The notes beneath the pieces are model-generated. The model had not been told where the DNA came from and did not search any database. It saw nothing but the letters and a program-made list of their open reading frames with translations. From Smithellaceae bacterium (lineage in GTDB: Bacteria > Desulfobacterota > Syntrophia > Syntrophales > Smithellaceae), in the NCBI GenBank assembly GCA_963667845.2, contig CAXXVL010000002.1, positions 864,001-928,000 of the forward strand: DNA of 64,000 nucleotides, in the 5' to 3' direction. The position numbers were made by a program, and so were the translations under genes. Below are positions 30,591 through 43,163 of this stretch, piece by piece. The stretch's first letter is position 1. Each line of letters begins with the position of its first letter.

Positions 30591-31646
30591 GTGTCGCGAA
30601 GAACAGGAATAGTTAAAGATAGCCGCTATTTACAGCATAGCGCCGGGGCATTTCACCCGGAGAGTCCCGAACGCCTGGCGGCTGTTTATGAAATGCTGGA
30701 TAATCCAAACATATCCTGGAAGTATAGCCATATTGAGCCGCGCGAGGCCAGCCGAGAAGAAATCGCTTACGTACACGCATTATCGTATATTGATCGTATC
30801 GCCTGTACGGCCGGCAAAAGCTGCACATTTCTTGACACTGATACCGTTGCAAGTGCGGAAACGTATGAAATTGCCAAACTGGCCGTGGGCGGCGTATGCA
30901 ACGCCGTTGATGCGGTCATGACGGGAGAAGTGGATAATGCTTTTGCGTTTGTGAGGCCGCCGGGCCATCACGCGGGTCCCGCCAACTCCGCCGGTTTCTG
31001 CGTATTTAATAATGTTGCGATCGGTGCGGTCCACGCCATGAAAAAGCATGGTCTCAAAAAGATACTGATCGTCGATTGGGATTTGCATCATGGCGACGGC
31101 ACGCAGAAGATTTTTTATTCCGATCGCCGTGTGCTGTATTTCTCCATGCATCAGTATCCGTTTTATCCCGGTACGGGAGGCCTGCGGGAAATTGGTGAAG
31201 GCGAGGCCGCAGGTTATACGGTGAATGTGCCGCTCCAGCACGGAGCAGTCAACGGGACGTTTATTTCGGCGCTGCGCAGAATTCTGGAGCCGATTGCGTT
31301 GGCCTTTGAGCCGGAATTGATTCTCGTCTCGGCCGGATTTGACATTTACTATCAGGATCCGCTGGGCGGTATGCGCGTCACGCCGGATGGTTTTGCGGCG
31401 ATGGCACGCGAATTGCTAAATATTGCAGACCATTGCTGTTCCGGACGCGTCGTGGCGGTGCTGGAAGGCGGTTATCATGTGCTGGGTCTGACTCGATCAG
31501 TCAAAGCGACCCTGGAAGAGATGTTCGACGAAACGCATTGGACACAGAAAGAGATCGAGGCCATGGAACAGGAAGCCGATGAAGAGAATAAAGAGATTAT
31601 TCAGGCGGTTATAGCCGTCATGCGTCCCTATTGGGACATGCCTTAG
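30591..31646 (+). CDS. Histone deacetylase-family protein
   Basis: HPESPERL, RPPGHHA, DWDLHHGDGTQ, SAGFD, LEGGY. Confidence 0.93.
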   Translation: MSRRTGIVKDSRYLQHSAGAFHPESPERLAAVYEMLDNPNISWKYSHIEPREASREEIAYVHALSYIDRIACTAGKSCTFLDTDTVASAETYEIAKLAVGGVCNAVDAVMTGEVDNAFAFVRPPGHHAGPANSAGFCVFNNVAIGAVHAMKKHGLKKILIVDWDLHHGDGTQKIFYSDRRVLYFSMHQYPFYPGTGGLREIGEGEAAGYTVNVPLQHGAVNGTFISALRRILEPIALAFEPELILVSAGFDIYYQDPLGGMRVTPDGFAAMARELLNIADHCCSGRVVAVLEGGYHVLGLTRSVKATLEEMFDETHWTQKEIEAMEQEADEENKEIIQAVIAVMRPYWDMP

Positions 31647-31659
31647 GAGGTTTTGAATT

Positions 31660-31947
31660 TTGAAACTAAGCGCTCAGGATGTTGAATATGTCGCTAAGTT
31701 AGCGCGTCTGGAAGTGGCCGAGGCGGAAAAAGAAAAGTTCACCGCCCAGCTCAATGATATTCTCCTTTACATCGACAAGCTCAACGAATTGGATACGACG
31801 GGTGTTGCGCCGATGACCCATGCGATTGCCGTCACCAATGCGTTTCGTGAGGATACAGTAGCGGAATCCCTGGGAACTGAGCGGGCCCTGGCCAATGCGC
31901 CGGATGCGCGAGGAGAGTTTTTCAGAGTTCCCAAGGTTATTGACTGA
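31660..31947 (+). CDS. gatC: Asp/Glu-tRNA amidotransferase subunit C
   Basis: VAKLARL, NAFRED, FRVPKVI; AGGAGG RBS with TTG start. Confidence 0.95.
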   Translation: MKLSAQDVEYVAKLARLEVAEAEKEKFTAQLNDILLYIDKLNELDTTGVAPMTHAIAVTNAFREDTVAESLGTERALANAPDARGEFFRVPKVID

Positions 31948-32032
31948 GGTGCCCTGAGCAAGAATCACACAAGCGTTCAGAAATGATTTGAAGAGAACAA
32001 ATTTGTATTATTAAAAAGTTACTGAGGATTTT

Positions 32033-33490
32033 ATGGAGTCATTTTCGCTGACCATTCATGAATTGCAGGAAAAAATAAAAAACGGCGATGTGTCGGCAGT
32101 CCAGATTGCTGAGTCCGTTTTTTCGCGTATCGACGCCGTTGAAGAGCGGGTACATTCATACATCCGCCTGATGAAAGAAGAGGCTCTCGCTCAGGCTGCA
32201 AAAGCTGACGAATGCATCAAAAAAGGCGACATCAAAACCTTAACTGGCATTCCCATCGCGCTGAAAGATATTGTCTGCACAAAAGGAATTACGACCACCT
32301 GCGGGTCGCGCATCCTGCAGAGTTTTGTGCCGCCGTATAACGCGACGGTTGTAGAGAAGCTCCGCGACGCGGGCGCGGTATTTACCGGCAAGGCCAACAT
32401 GGACGAATTTGCGATGGGGTCGTCCACCGAAACGTCCTATTTCGGCCCGACGCGCAATCCGTGGGATCTGGAACGTATACCCGGCGGTTCCAGCGGCGGC
32501 TCGGCCACGGCAGTTGCCGCCGATGAATGCATCGCTTCCATTGGTTCCGACACGGGCGGATCGATCCGCCAGCCCGCAGCGCTTTGCGGCGTCGTCGGCT
32601 TGAAACCCACCTATGGCCGCGTCTCCCGCTTCGGCCTGATCGCCTTTGCGTCATCGCTCGATCAGATCGGCCCCTTTACCAAAGACGTGGAAGACTGTGC
32701 CATCATGATGAATGTGCTGGCCGGCTACGATCCGAAAGAATCAACATCGGTAAAAGTTGATGTGCCTGACTACCGCCAGTTTATCGGCCGTGACATTAAG
32801 GGATGGAAGGTGGGTATCCCCAAAGAATATTTTGTAGAGGGCATTGATCCCGAAGTGAACTCGGCCGTTAAAAAAACAATTGAGGTTGTCGAGAAATGTG
32901 GGGGAAAGATCATAGATATTTCTCTTCCACACACTCAATATTGCCTCGCCGTCTATTACATTATCGCTCCGGCGGAAGCATCGTCAAACCTCGCGCGCTA
33001 TGACGGCGTCAAGTATGGTTTCCGGACGTCTGATGCACGTGATCTTGCCGAGATGTACACCAAAACACGCCGGGAGGGATTCGGCGCGGAAGTTAAACGC
33101 CGCATTATGATCGGGACATACGCTTTGTCTGCAGGTTATTATGACGCCTACTATGGGAAAGCATCGCAAGTGCGGGCGCTTATCCGCCGGGATTTTGATG
33201 AAGCCTTTCAGAAATGCGATGTGATCCTCACGCCGACCACACCAACACCCGCTTTTAAAATAGGCGAAAAGACGGATGACCCGCTGCAAATGTATCTCTC
33301 CGACATCTTCACGATCTCCACGAACCTGGCCGGCATTCCCGGCATCTCCGTTCCCTGCGGATACACCGCGGCCGGTTTGCCGATCGGCGTTCAGTTTCTG
33401 GCCGGTCATTTCGAGGAAGGGAAACTACTGCAAATTGCCTCGGCGTACGAGAAAGGCGCTGTCATCGAAAAAAGGAGGCCGACGTTATAA
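32033..33490 (+). CDS. gatA: Asp/Glu-tRNA amidotransferase subunit A
   Basis: Amidase signature [28 protein letters not shown]. Confidence 0.97.
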   Translation: MESFSLTIHELQEKIKNGDVSAVQIAESVFSRIDAVEERVHSYIRLMKEEALAQAAKADECIKKGDIKTLTGIPIALKDIVCTKGITTTCGSRILQSFVPPYNATVVEKLRDAGAVFTGKANMDEFAMGSSTETSYFGPTRNPWDLERIPGGSSGGSATAVAADECIASIGSDTGGSIRQPAALCGVVGLKPTYGRVSRFGLIAFASSLDQIGPFTKDVEDCAIMMNVLAGYDPKESTSVKVDVPDYRQFIGRDIKGWKVGIPKEYFVEGIDPEVNSAVKKTIEVVEKCGGKIIDISLPHTQYCLAVYYIIAPAEASSNLARYDGVKYGFRTSDARDLAEMYTKTRREGFGAEVKRRIMIGTYALSAGYYDAYYGKASQVRALIRRDFDEAFQKCDVILTPTTPTPAFKIGEKTDDPLQMYLSDIFTISTNLAGIPGISVPCGYTAAGLPIGVQFLAGHFEEGKLLQIASAYEKGAVIEKRRPTL

Positions 33491-34923
33491 TGGAATTTGA
33501 AACAGTCATCGGGCTCGAAGTTCACGCCCAGTTGTTAACGGATACGAAGATATTCTGTAATTGCTCCACAAAGTTCGGGGCCGCGCCCAACAGCCACGCC
33601 TGCCCGGTTTGCCTGGGCATGCCGGGCGTCCTGCCGGTGCTCAATAAAAAAGTGGTTGAATTCGGCATGAAGATGGCGCTCGCGACGAATTGCACGATCA
33701 ATCCGGCCAATGTTTTCGCTCGAAAAAACTATTTCTATCCCGATCTGCCCAAAGGCTATCAAATCTCTCAATTCGCCTATCCGCTTGCCGAACACGGCTA
33801 TATCTGGCTGGAAATGAACGGAGAAAAGAGGAAGATCGGCATTACCCGGATTCATATGGAAGAGGACGCGGGCAAGTTGATTCATGATGAAAACAGTCCC
33901 GTGAGTTACGTGGATTTGAATCGTACCGGTGTGCCGCTTATTGAAATCGTCGGGGAACCGGATATCCGGACTCCCGAAGAAGCGGCGGAATACCTTAAGC
34001 GTCTGCACGAAATTCTGGTGTACCTGGAAATCTGCGACGGCAATATGGAAGAAGGCTCTTTCCGCTGTGACGCCAACGTATCCATTAGGCCTTTGGGACA
34101 GAAGGAATTCGGCACCCGCACGGAACTCAAGAACATGAACTCCTTCCGTAACGTCCAGCGAGCGCTCGAGTATGAAGTTAAACGCCAGCAGTATTTGGTG
34201 GAAAATGGACAGAGAATCATCCAGGAAACGCGCCTGTGGGATGACGCCCAGGGCATAACCAATCCGATGCGCAGCAAGGAAGAGGCGCACGACTATCGCT
34301 ATTTCCCCGATCCGGATCTGGTGCCGGTGGTGGTTGACGAGGCCTGGGTGGCCAGGATCCGCGAGGATTTGCCGGAGCTGCCGCAGGCGATGCGCGAACG
34401 GTTTGTGAATGAATATCAGATTCCCGCCTACGATGCGGGCGTTCTGACGTCCGAAAGAGCGCTGGCTGAATATTATGAAAACGTCGTGCGGCTCTGCGGC
34501 AAGCCCAAACAAGCCAGCAATTGGGTGATGGGGGACGTTTTGCGTTTTCTCAACGAAGATAAACGTACAATCCGCGAAAGTTCGATCACGGCCCAATCGC
34601 TTGCCGATATGATCACTTTGATTGAAGACGGCGCGATCAGCGGCAAAATGGCCAAAGACATCGTTTCCGATATGTATAAGACGGGCAAATCTCCTCAGGA
34701 GATCATTAAAGAAAAAGGTTTGGTGCAGATTACGGATGAAGACGAGTTGGCCAAAACCATCACGGCAATTATCGCCGCTAATCACAAACCGCTTGCGGAC
34801 TATCGGAGCGGAAAAGAAAAGCTCTTTGGTTTCTTTGTCGGCCAGGTGATGAAGGCGACCCAGGGCAAGGCCAATCCGCAACTGGTCAATGACCTGCTCA
34901 AGAAGATGCTTGCCGGATCATGA
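33490..34923 (+). CDS. gatB: Asp/Glu-tRNA amidotransferase subunit B
   Basis: [37 protein letters not shown]. Confidence 0.97.
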   Translation: MEFETVIGLEVHAQLLTDTKIFCNCSTKFGAAPNSHACPVCLGMPGVLPVLNKKVVEFGMKMALATNCTINPANVFARKNYFYPDLPKGYQISQFAYPLAEHGYIWLEMNGEKRKIGITRIHMEEDAGKLIHDENSPVSYVDLNRTGVPLIEIVGEPDIRTPEEAAEYLKRLHEILVYLEICDGNMEEGSFRCDANVSIRPLGQKEFGTRTELKNMNSFRNVQRALEYEVKRQQYLVENGQRIIQETRLWDDAQGITNPMRSKEEAHDYRYFPDPDLVPVVVDEAWVARIREDLPELPQAMRERFVNEYQIPAYDAGVLTSERALAEYYENVVRLCGKPKQASNWVMGDVLRFLNEDKRTIRESSITAQSLADMITLIEDGAISGKMAKDIVSDMYKTGKSPQEIIKEKGLVQITDEDELAKTITAIIAANHKPLADYRSGKEKLFGFFVGQVMKATQGKANPQLVNDLLKKMLAGS

Positions 34924-35969
34924 TTAAACCCGTCTACTGGAAAAACCACTCAGTCGTCCTGCTTGATCAGAAAGCTCTGCCGCTGATCGAACAGGAAATG
35001 GTCTGTTCCGACTACCGGCAGGTCATTGCCGCCATAAAGGATCTAACCGTCCGCGGCGCGCCGGCCATCGGTGTGGCTGCCGCCATGGGAGCGGCGTTGG
35101 GTGCTGAGACGCTGGCGGGTCAACCTCCTGAAAAATTTCAAAAAAGATTTAACGCCATTTGCGATGAAATCGCAAAAGCCCGACCAACCGCCCGCAATCT
35201 TTTCTGGGCGCTGGAACGGATGAAAAAGCATCTGGGCGATGCCATCGTTTCCGGCAAACAAAACCTGGCCGTCGAACTGGTCTCTGAAGCGAAACGCATT
35301 GGCACCGAAGATATCGAGATCAACAAGCAAATAGGCTGTCATGGAAGTGCATTGATTTCCGACGGCGACAATATCCTCACCCATTGCAATGCCGGCGCGT
35401 TGGCGACAGCAGGTTACGGAACGGCACTGGGCGTTGTTCGAGCCGCCCGCGAGCAGGGTAAGAAATTGCATGTTTATGTGGATGAAACGCGGCCGGTGCT
35501 GCAGGGGGCAAGATTGACTGCCTGGGAAATGAAAAAAGAAGAAATACCGGCTACGCTGATCTGCGACAACATGGCCGGATACCTGATGCAGCAAGGCAAA
35601 ATCAATAAAATCATCGTCGGGGCGGACCGGATTGCGGCAAACGGCGATACGGCAAATAAGATCGGCACTTACTCTCTGGCTGTTTTAGCCAGAGCTCATC
35701 ATATCCCGTTCTATGTGGCGGCCCCGCTGTCTACATTTGATTTTTCTTTGAAAACGGGCGCAGCGATTCCCATCGAAGAACGACAGGCCGGCGAAGTAAT
35801 GTGCTGGCGGAACATCCAGGCCGCGCCGGACAAGATGAAAGTGTACAATCCTTCTTTTGACGTGACACCGGCAAAATATATTACGGCGATTATTACGGAA
35901 AGAGGCATTTTAACCCGATCATACGTAAAGGCCATTGCCGGCTTGCACAAAGGACCTGTCCTGACATGA
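34920..35969 (+). CDS. mtnA: Methylthioribose-1-phosphate isomerase
   Basis: [36 protein letters not shown]. Confidence 0.93.
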   Translation: MIKPVYWKNHSVVLLDQKALPLIEQEMVCSDYRQVIAAIKDLTVRGAPAIGVAAAMGAALGAETLAGQPPEKFQKRFNAICDEIAKARPTARNLFWALERMKKHLGDAIVSGKQNLAVELVSEAKRIGTEDIEINKQIGCHGSALISDGDNILTHCNAGALATAGYGTALGVVRAAREQGKKLHVYVDETRPVLQGARLTAWEMKKEEIPATLICDNMAGYLMQQGKINKIIVGADRIAANGDTANKIGTYSLAVLARAHHIPFYVAAPLSTFDFSLKTGAAIPIEERQAGEVMCWRNIQAAPDKMKVYNPSFDVTPAKYITAIITERGILTRSYVKAIAGLHKGPVLT

Positions 35970-36580
35970 AATTGTTGCTTTTTGATTTTGACGGAGTTTT
36001 GGTGGATTCGCTGGACGTTTATGAGAAGACCGTGACGGATTGTTTGCAGGAAATCGGTCAGCCATTGACGCGTGGCCGGGAAGAATTTCTGGAACTCTTT
36101 GAGGGGAATTTTTATGAATCCCTCGTGCAGAAAGGAGTGGATCTGAAAAAATTTACGGAGGCGTCGGTGCATATTTTGGCAGAGATCAATTATGCCGAGA
36201 TGAGGCCATTTGATGCCGTTCGGCCGGTTCTGCGAGAACTGGCGAAGAATCATCCTATGGTCGTTATTTCTTCCAACGACACGCCGACGATTCAGGAAGC
36301 GTTGCGTTTATATGATTTCAACGGCATTTTTCAGGACATTCTCGGCTCGGACTTCATGCTCAGCAAGAAAGACAAGATTCTTTACGTGATCAAAAAATAT
36401 AATGTCACGCTTCAGGATATTTATTACATCGGAGACACGACGGGCGATATCAAGGAAGGAAAGCAGGCCGGCGTTAAAACCGTAGGAGTCACCTGGGGTT
36501 GGCACAACAAAGAAAAAATGGCCGCAGCCAAGCCGAACTATCTTTTTGATAAGCCGGAGGATTTGCTCAAACTTAATTAG
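35966..36580 (+). CDS. HAD-family hydrolase
   Basis: FDFDGVLVDS, IGDTTGD, VTWGW. Confidence 0.9.
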   Translation: MKLLLFDFDGVLVDSLDVYEKTVTDCLQEIGQPLTRGREEFLELFEGNFYESLVQKGVDLKKFTEASVHILAEINYAEMRPFDAVRPVLRELAKNHPMVVISSNDTPTIQEALRLYDFNGIFQDILGSDFMLSKKDKILYVIKKYNVTLQDIYYIGDTTGDIKEGKQAGVKTVGVTWGWHNKEKMAAAKPNYLFDKPEDLLKLN

Positions 36581-36803
36581 TGTATAAGTTTATTTCGTGT
36601 AGTTCGGGTAAGATTGACATAAATTGGCGGATAAAAACATGTCATCGGTATTCGGTACAATGCGAAATCTGCTCACTGTGAAAACTGCTGATGTGGCACA
36701 GAAAGCGCTGCCGGGCAGCATCTCGCAATTTTTTGGTAATGGATCATTTCCACATTGACAGCCATACTCTTTTAAAGTTAGATTAACTCAGTCCACCTCA
36801 TGA

Positions 36804-36901
36804 GGAAGTGCCAAGGTCACTGGTGGGCCTCCTGGACTTCAAATCCAGTGTGGGGCGCTAGAACCGTCCCAGGTGGGTTCGATTCCCATGCACTTCCGCC
36901 A
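36804..36901 (+). tRNA. selC: tRNA-Sec (anticodon UCA)
   Basis: 8-bp acceptor stem GGAAGTGC/GCACTTCC, CTGGA-CTTCAAA-TCCAG anticodon arm, long variable arm, GTTCGATTC, encoded CCA. Confidence 0.96.
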
Positions 36902-37145
36902 TTTTATTAGCAAATTTCGATTTTTATCGAATATATTTCTTTAACCTTCCGATTTTAGCCCTCCACAATGGATTTAAACTCTGGGAGAGCTTTCAAAAGA
37001 GCGTGACAAAATCTGAATTAGCAAGAAAAAGCGAATGGTCTTCTAAGGCATTATCAAATATTGAAAAAAGTGTATGTGATTTCCCGAATATTTAATATAT
37101 TTAGAGCAAGTTCCGGCAAACGGCAACCTGCTGATTCACAAAATT

Positions 37146-37514
37146 CTATGGCCATGTACAGGCTGACGCAGATGCCGGTATACAGGCACCGGTGCAGACG
37201 GGTTCGCCTGAGTTGCTTATGGTTGCCGATCCACCTTTCTCAGCGGAACAGAAGGCCTTCCCGAATACACTGATGATGCACTTTCCCGGACCGCAAAGCG
37301 CTTGGCCATTGAGAGTCATTACGATACCGCCATATGGCGGTGAGCAGGCGATAGTTCCGGTTGCGTTAATTAGACAGGTACTACCCAGAGGAGGACAAAC
37401 TATTTTCCCGTCAGCATTGCGTATACAGGAATTATTGTCGTTTGACCAAGCCGTTACTGTTAACAAAAGCGCAACGAAGAAGAGGATTACCGATACTAGA
37501 GTTACTTTTTTCAT
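37146..37514 (-). CDS. Secreted Cys-rich hypothetical protein
   Basis: GAGG RBS, signal peptide, repeated G-x-x-x-C units. Confidence 0.7.
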   Translation of the reverse strand: MKKVTLVSVILFFVALLLTVTAWSNDNNSCIRNADGKIVCPPLGSTCLINATGTIACSPPYGGIVMTLNGQALCGPGKCIISVFGKAFCSAEKGGSATISNSGEPVCTGACIPASASACTWP

Positions 37515-37743
37515 GCACTTCCTCTTTTCTTGGTTAAGAAATCTGAACCAATCAAACGTACGCCACTCCGCTTACATATTTTATACTAAAGATGTATCAA
37601 TCAGCAAATAATAAGAATATTAAAAATCTTTAACCTTAAGCTATTTAGTCACTTAACGAATATGAGATAATTATTAAATCCTTATTGCCAAGTGGGCTCG
37701 TTTCCTTCGCTTATAATATTTTGATTTTTTTCCAGGGATTGTA

Positions 37744-38067
37744 TTAGTTGAAGAAATATGTAGCTTGCGCAGCTTTCACCAAGACATAATATGCAATTAT
37801 TTGTCCTAATATCGGGAAAAAAATTAAAGGAAAATATTGAGACGCTAGGATGCCTACGATCGTTGCGCATTTTTTGAGACGGATCCACCAGACCCAAAGT
37901 GACAGACCGTAAAGGATACAAGCAATTATTAAGATCACTTTTCGAGCTTCAAAATCGTCAGTAAAGCAAAAGAAACATAAGGCAAGAAAACATATGCAGT
38001 TGATAACTGAAATACTTTTAAAACGTGCAAAGTGAAACTTTAAAACTCTATCCATAAAAAATCCCAT
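37744..38067 (-). CDS. Hypothetical membrane protein
   Basis: Several hydrophobic segments; AT-rich coding sequence. Confidence 0.45.
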   Translation of the reverse strand: MGFFMDRVLKFHFARFKSISVINCICFLALCFFCFTDDFEARKVILIIACILYGLSLWVWWIRLKKCATIVGILASQYFPLIFFPILGQIIAYYVLVKAAQATYFFN

Positions 38068-38103
38068 TTGATGGTAGAAGAATCACTCACTTTTTGTGTC
38101 ATT

Positions 38104-38119
38104 TGTGACATATGTCACT
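38104..38119. promoter_or_regulatory. CRP/FNR-type palindrome
   Basis: TGTGA-catatg-TCACT, with a perfect 14-bp palindrome at 38105-38118. Confidence 0.4.
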
Positions 38120-38748
38120 ATACATGGAGGCGTGTTGATGTCAAGTCGAAGTCTGAAAAGTCATTTTCCGCCATGGGCCGAAGAAATGATCAGGAGAATA
38201 ACAGGCAGGTACTTATTTATCCTTTGGGCTTTTCATTAACCTTAGCGTGTAACGACAGGAAACCTTTTAATTCTCCCGAAAACCGCCGCTGCCAAAACAA
38301 CTGTCTTTTTATCAAATAATTACAAATGATTGTAATCAGGTGTGAACACTCGATTCCCACGCACTTCTGTAAAGAAGGCAAGGAAGGGTAAGCAAAACGA
38401 ATGACGAACAAGGGGCCGCGCAAAAAAGGAAAGATAAGCACACTGCACAAAAAGAAATTATGGACATGACCGCGCGATTTATGTAGGTTTTTTCCTAAAA
38501 TTAAGAATGCTCATTGCAAATTTCAAAATTGAGCACTTCCTTGAATTCGGCAGCGAGCTCATTTCTTGCAGCTTCTGCCGGGCAAGAGTTTGAATTACGT
38601 CTAAGATTCCTTCGGTGGGGATCGAAGATTCTCTGGAGCGTGCTCCCGAAATATTCAATCAGGTGGCAGTGAGCAGTCAAGCATGTAATAAATCGCTCAG
38701 CTCAAAATATGCGGATTAAATTCTTTTCCACATAAAGAAGAGAAAAAA

Positions 38749-40719
38749 ATGAAAACGATTTTTTCAAATAAAGACGATCTTATCAGTCGGACAGCGCCCG
38801 AGGGGACGAAATCTTCAGAAAAGAGAGCAGCGTTGGGAGCGAGTCTGGGAGGCCGGAAAATCAAAGCCGTCCCGGAATTGAAGCCCTCCGAAGCAAACTT
38901 CGGAGAAGCTCCGATTCCCAAGGAAGGCGTCTCAGCCACAAGTCGCTCGCTTACCCTGCAGCAAGGTGTGAGAAATGCGCCCGTTGCCGAATTCACCAGG
39001 CAAGCCCTGATGGAGTCTTTAAAGAACTATCAAGCTATTCTCGACGAAGTTGAAGACTGCGTCGGAGAAGTTGATCTCAAAGGCAATATTACGTCCACCA
39101 ACAGAGCCGGAATGAAAATCTGGGGGGTTACGGAAAAGAAAGATATTGTCGGCGTGAATTTCCGGTCCTATATGGATAAGGAGACAGCTGATTTCGTTTA
39201 CCAGGCATACAATAAGATTTACCGCACGGGCGTTCCCGATAAAATAACCTATGACATTTTCAAGAAAGACGGATCCCGCGTGACGATCGAAGATTCGGTT
39301 GCACCGATTCGCAATACGGAGGGACGAATCACGGGATTTCGGACCGTCAGCAGGGACATCACCGAACGCAATAAGAAAGAGCGCGAGCTGGAAGCCCACA
39401 GGAGCCGTCTTGAGGCTATCTTCGGGAGTGTAAAAGATGCCATTATCACCGTCGATTCGGATCTGCGGGTCATCGAGGCGAATATGCATGCGGAAACTAT
39501 CTGCAATCTCAATGTGGACCGAATCACCGGTAAGGCATTCCCCCGGTGTGTCACCCAGTGCAGCCGCTCCTGTGTGGATGTGCTGAAGCAGACGCTCAAC
39601 AAAAATGCAACCATCCGGGAATACCGGATTGAATGCAACCACGAGGAGAAACGCCACCAGCTGGTCAGCGTAACGAGCTCTCCCCTCATCGATTCCCACG
39701 GCAATTTTATGGGGGCTGTTCTGGTGATACGCGACATGACTCTGATCAGAGACATGGCCAGGGAATTGAAAGAGCGCCATCAATTTCAGAACATGATCGG
39801 CAGGAGCAAGAGAATGCAGGAGATCTACCGGCTCCTGGAAGATCTGGCCGATCTCGAAACAACTGTTCTCATCACGGGTGAAAGCGGGACCGGCAAGGAG
39901 CTTGTAGCCCGCGCCCTCCACTACAGCGGGCTTCGAGCCTTCAAACCTTTCATCACCGTGAACTGTTCCGCATTGACGGAGGGTCTGCTGGAGAGCGAAT
40001 TGTTCGGCCATGTCAAAGGAGCCTTCACGGGGGCCATTAAAGACAGGCAGGGGCGCTTCCAGGCAGCTGACGGCGGGACCATCCTTCTGGACGAAATCGG
40101 CGACATTTCCCCGTTGATTCAGTTGAAGCTTCTGCGGGTGCTTCAGGAAAAAATCTTTGAACCGGTCGGAAAATCCACGCCCAAGAAAGTGGATGTCCGG
40201 GTGATCGCCTGCACGAATAAAAACCTTATGCAAAAAGTCATGAAAGGAGAGTTTCGGGAAGATCTCTACTACCGTCTAAAGGTCGTGGAAGTGGCCTTAC
40301 CCCCTCTCCGTGAAAGGCTGGAAGATCTGCCGCCCCTGGTTGAGCATTTCCGTCATCTCTTTAACGAACGCTTCAATAAGCATATTGAGGGAATATCTCA
40401 TGAGGTTCTCAATAAATTCATGGAGTATTCCTGGCCGGGAAATATCCGGGAATTGGAACATGTCATTGAGCATGCATTTATCCTCTGCCATGGAAATGTC
40501 ATTACTATGAAGCATTTACCGGCGGAAATGTGCCGGGACATTAGAAGAGCCGTCGATAGCGGCCCGTCTTTCAAGAGCGGCCCGATACAAGCCAGCGACA
40601 TCGAGGATGTCCTGAAGATCACCGGAGGGAATAAGGCAAAGGCGGCGCGCCGGCTTGGCATTCATCGGCGAACATTGTATCGTATCCTGGACAAGCATAA
40701 ATTGGATCCATCCGCTTAA
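38749..40719 (+). CDS. Sigma-54-dependent activator (PAS-PAS-AAA+-Fis HTH)
   Basis: [53 protein letters not shown]; start uncertain. Confidence 0.93.
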   Translation: MKTIFSNKDDLISRTAPEGTKSSEKRAALGASLGGRKIKAVPELKPSEANFGEAPIPKEGVSATSRSLTLQQGVRNAPVAEFTRQALMESLKNYQAILDEVEDCVGEVDLKGNITSTNRAGMKIWGVTEKKDIVGVNFRSYMDKETADFVYQAYNKIYRTGVPDKITYDIFKKDGSRVTIEDSVAPIRNTEGRITGFRTVSRDITERNKKERELEAHRSRLEAIFGSVKDAIITVDSDLRVIEANMHAETICNLNVDRITGKAFPRCVTQCSRSCVDVLKQTLNKNATIREYRIECNHEEKRHQLVSVTSSPLIDSHGNFMGAVLVIRDMTLIRDMARELKERHQFQNMIGRSKRMQEIYRLLEDLADLETTVLITGESGTGKELVARALHYSGLRAFKPFITVNCSALTEGLLESELFGHVKGAFTGAIKDRQGRFQAADGGTILLDEIGDISPLIQLKLLRVLQEKIFEPVGKSTPKKVDVRVIACTNKNLMQKVMKGEFREDLYYRLKVVEVALPPLRERLEDLPPLVEHFRHLFNERFNKHIEGISHEVLNKFMEYSWPGNIRELEHVIEHAFILCHGNVITMKHLPAEMCRDIRRAVDSGPSFKSGPIQASDIEDVLKITGGNKAKAARRLGIHRRTLYRILDKHKLDPSA

Positions 40720-40723
40720 CATG

Positions 40724-40950
40724 TGTGACACGATGCACGGAAGTGTGCGCACATAAATGTGCAGATAGTCACATAATATCCCTTTCCCCATCTCTGCTGC
40801 GGTTTCTGAAATCCCATCCAAAAAGTTTATCTTTCCCCATCGTTGAATCAAATTGGGCTGAGGCAGCACCCGATGCTTCGCCGGGACGTCAAAGAGCGGC
40901 ACAATTTGTGAATACTCTGCATCTCCATATGACATCGAATCGGTCAAATA
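40724..40950 (+). promoter_or_regulatory. Enhancer and sigma-54-like promoter block, copy 1
   Basis: Inverted TGTGAC..TGCAC / GTGCA..GTCACA sites; CGGCACAATTTGTGA at 40897; repeated at 43164-43385. Confidence 0.6.
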
Positions 40951-40982
40951 AAATCGGTGAAATAAAAAATGGAGGGGCTCTT

Positions 40983-42752
40983 ATGAATCGTTTGAAAGTA
41001 TATGCAGCATGGTTTCTAGTGGGCACATTTTTTATCATTTCATTATGGGGATGCACCGGCTCCGATGCTCCCCCGGTGATGACTATTCGCGCGACTCAAT
41101 TCGGCCAAGTAGAGGGAATCGTTCAGATGCCAGGCGGCACTGGAATGTTGGCAGCGGGCGAAGGCTTTGCCTGGCTTGGCGTTCCCTACGCCAAACCACC
41201 GGTAGGAGACCTTCGCTGGAAACCGCCGGTCGATCCGGATTCTTGGAGCGGGTCTAAGAAAACGCAGGCATTTTGTCAGGCTTGCGCTCAGGTCGGTTCC
41301 ATGTATGGTCCCCCCAGCTTTGGTAGCGCCTATGAGACGGCGGCAAATGTTTTCTGGAAACCTGTGGGCAGCGAAGATTGCTTATATCTCAACATATACA
41401 GCCCAATTACCAGTCAGGCTGGAAGTAAGTTGCCTGTATTTTTCTTTATTCATGGAGGCAGCAACAGAGTGGGGGCCGCGTCCCTCTTCGACGGCAGCGT
41501 CCTTGCAAAAAAAACCAACTCGGTTGTCGTCTTCGTGGGATATCGGCTCAATCTCTTTGGATGGCTCACTCACCCGGCTTTAAGGACAGGGGAACCTCTC
41601 AATGATTCAGGCAATTATGGCCTTCTGGATATAATCCAGGCTCTGAAGTTCGTTAAAAATAACATTAGCAATTTCGGTGGGGATTCTAATAACGTCACAA
41701 TCAGTGGCCAGTCTGCCGGCGCGCTTAATGTGAATTCACTGATTCTTTCGCCGGTTGCAGCCGGCCTCTTCCACAAGGCCATACCGATGAGCGGAGACAC
41801 GACATATTCAACCGTAGCAACAGGAGAATACGCATCTGGTCTCCTAGTGGAAACGTTCCTGATCAAAGATGGACTGGCTACCGATCATGCTTCGGCGGTA
41901 ACATTCCTGGCCGACAAGGACAATACCTGGATCGCCAACTATCTCCGGGGCAAGTCAACAGCGGATATCATCAATATCATGATCAACTCGACGGGAGGAA
42001 AGTTCGGAAATGGCGCTTATACGGCCCTCGGGTCCATTGCCGCTAATTTTGGGGACGGCAATGTACATCCGGTTAACGCAGCTACCGCCATCAGCAGCGG
42101 CTCCTACAATAAGGTCCCTATGATCATCGGCAATACGACCGAGGAGGGCAAACTCTTCGCTCAGGCATGTTACAAGATTTCGGATATGGACCGCTTTAAC
42201 CTGATGATGAATTTCGACCCCACTAACCCGGGTACCTTGTCGCTTACGGACATTCTGGATCCGGCTGTCGTCATTCCAACCACAGCGGCACAATATAATA
42301 TCCTTAACAATAACTATCCCAGCCCCGTAAACTCCCTTCCTTCTGCGCTGTATATCTATTTGATGGATATATGCACGAGAAATTATAAGGCCACATCCGG
42401 AACCCCGATCTATGCTTACAGCTTCGAATGGGCGCAACAACCGGAACCCTGGAAAACGCTCTATGGGGCAGTCCATGCCGGAGATTTGGGTTGGGTTTTC
42501 GGCGATTTTGATCGGAAGTATCTTTTCTCCGAATTTAACAGTCCGGAGAACAAACCTGGGCGGATCGCTTTGTCCAACGCCATGCAACAGGCCATTGGAG
42601 CTTTTATGCGCACCGGCAATCCTAATCCCGCCGATTCCACCACTCTCGGCGTGACCTGGCCGCAGGCGGAGACGGGAACGGACGGAAATCCGAAAAAAAT
42701 CAGATTTGATGCCACGCTTTCGGACAAGAAAATTTCGTTGACTAATAATTGA
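40983..42752 (+). CDS. Type-B carboxylesterase, probable lipoprotein
   Basis: GVPYAKPPVGDLRW, SEDCLYLN, HGG, GQSAG nucleophile, NTTEEG, AVHAGD; GGAGG RBS; LWGC lipobox. Confidence 0.92.
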   Translation: MNRLKVYAAWFLVGTFFIISLWGCTGSDAPPVMTIRATQFGQVEGIVQMPGGTGMLAAGEGFAWLGVPYAKPPVGDLRWKPPVDPDSWSGSKKTQAFCQACAQVGSMYGPPSFGSAYETAANVFWKPVGSEDCLYLNIYSPITSQAGSKLPVFFFIHGGSNRVGAASLFDGSVLAKKTNSVVVFVGYRLNLFGWLTHPALRTGEPLNDSGNYGLLDIIQALKFVKNNISNFGGDSNNVTISGQSAGALNVNSLILSPVAAGLFHKAIPMSGDTTYSTVATGEYASGLLVETFLIKDGLATDHASAVTFLADKDNTWIANYLRGKSTADIINIMINSTGGKFGNGAYTALGSIAANFGDGNVHPVNAATAISSGSYNKVPMIIGNTTEEGKLFAQACYKISDMDRFNLMMNFDPTNPGTLSLTDILDPAVVIPTTAAQYNILNNNYPSPVNSLPSALYIYLMDICTRNYKATSGTPIYAYSFEWAQQPEPWKTLYGAVHAGDLGWVFGDFDRKYLFSEFNSPENKPGRIALSNAMQQAIGAFMRTGNPNPADSTTLGVTWPQAETGTDGNPKKIRFDATLSDKKISLTNN

Positions 42753-43163
42753 TTCATCAGCCGCCTGCCCCGGACCGGCCAGCCACTACCGCTGACACCG
42801 GTATCGCGGCATAAGTCTTTTAAGAAAGAAGTCCGCAGGTTTTCATCCATACCGGATTCGGCATCCGGATAACATTTCCAAATGCCGAATTCGGTCGGAC
42901 TTTCAATCAGATGGCCAGACAGCAACTGTTGCACAAATCGTGTGAATGGTAATCAGGTATTCAAGCATCTAAAGCCGGAGACATTTACAGCTCTATACGA
43001 ACATTTAGCAAACCCGATGGACAATGTGTTTAAGCCGGGGCCGGATGCGGAAACCTATATTTCTTGTCCCCGTAAACCTCGGCAAGCTGCTTTCAACCCC
43101 ATAGGAAAGCGCATTTTTTGCCTTATGCCTACGGTCTGGGGTCAGAAAATCGGTCCTTTTGTA

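Larger units (their letters stand above)
36902..38367. mobile_element. Integrase-less genomic island remnant at the selC 3' end
   Basis: Visibly AT-rich segment bounded by a 17/18 direct repeat of the tRNA 3' end (36879-36896 and 38350-38367). Confidence 0.65.

Noticed and set aside
33535..34881. 448-aa minus-strand ORF
   Set aside because: Antisense shadow of gatB.
39019..40233. 404-aa minus-strand ORF
   Set aside because: Antisense shadow of the sigma-54 activator.
40725..40982. N-terminal extension of the esterase ORF, and similarly 43199-43363
   Set aside because: These stretches are the duplicated regulatory block; a strong GGAGG supports the esterase start at 40983.
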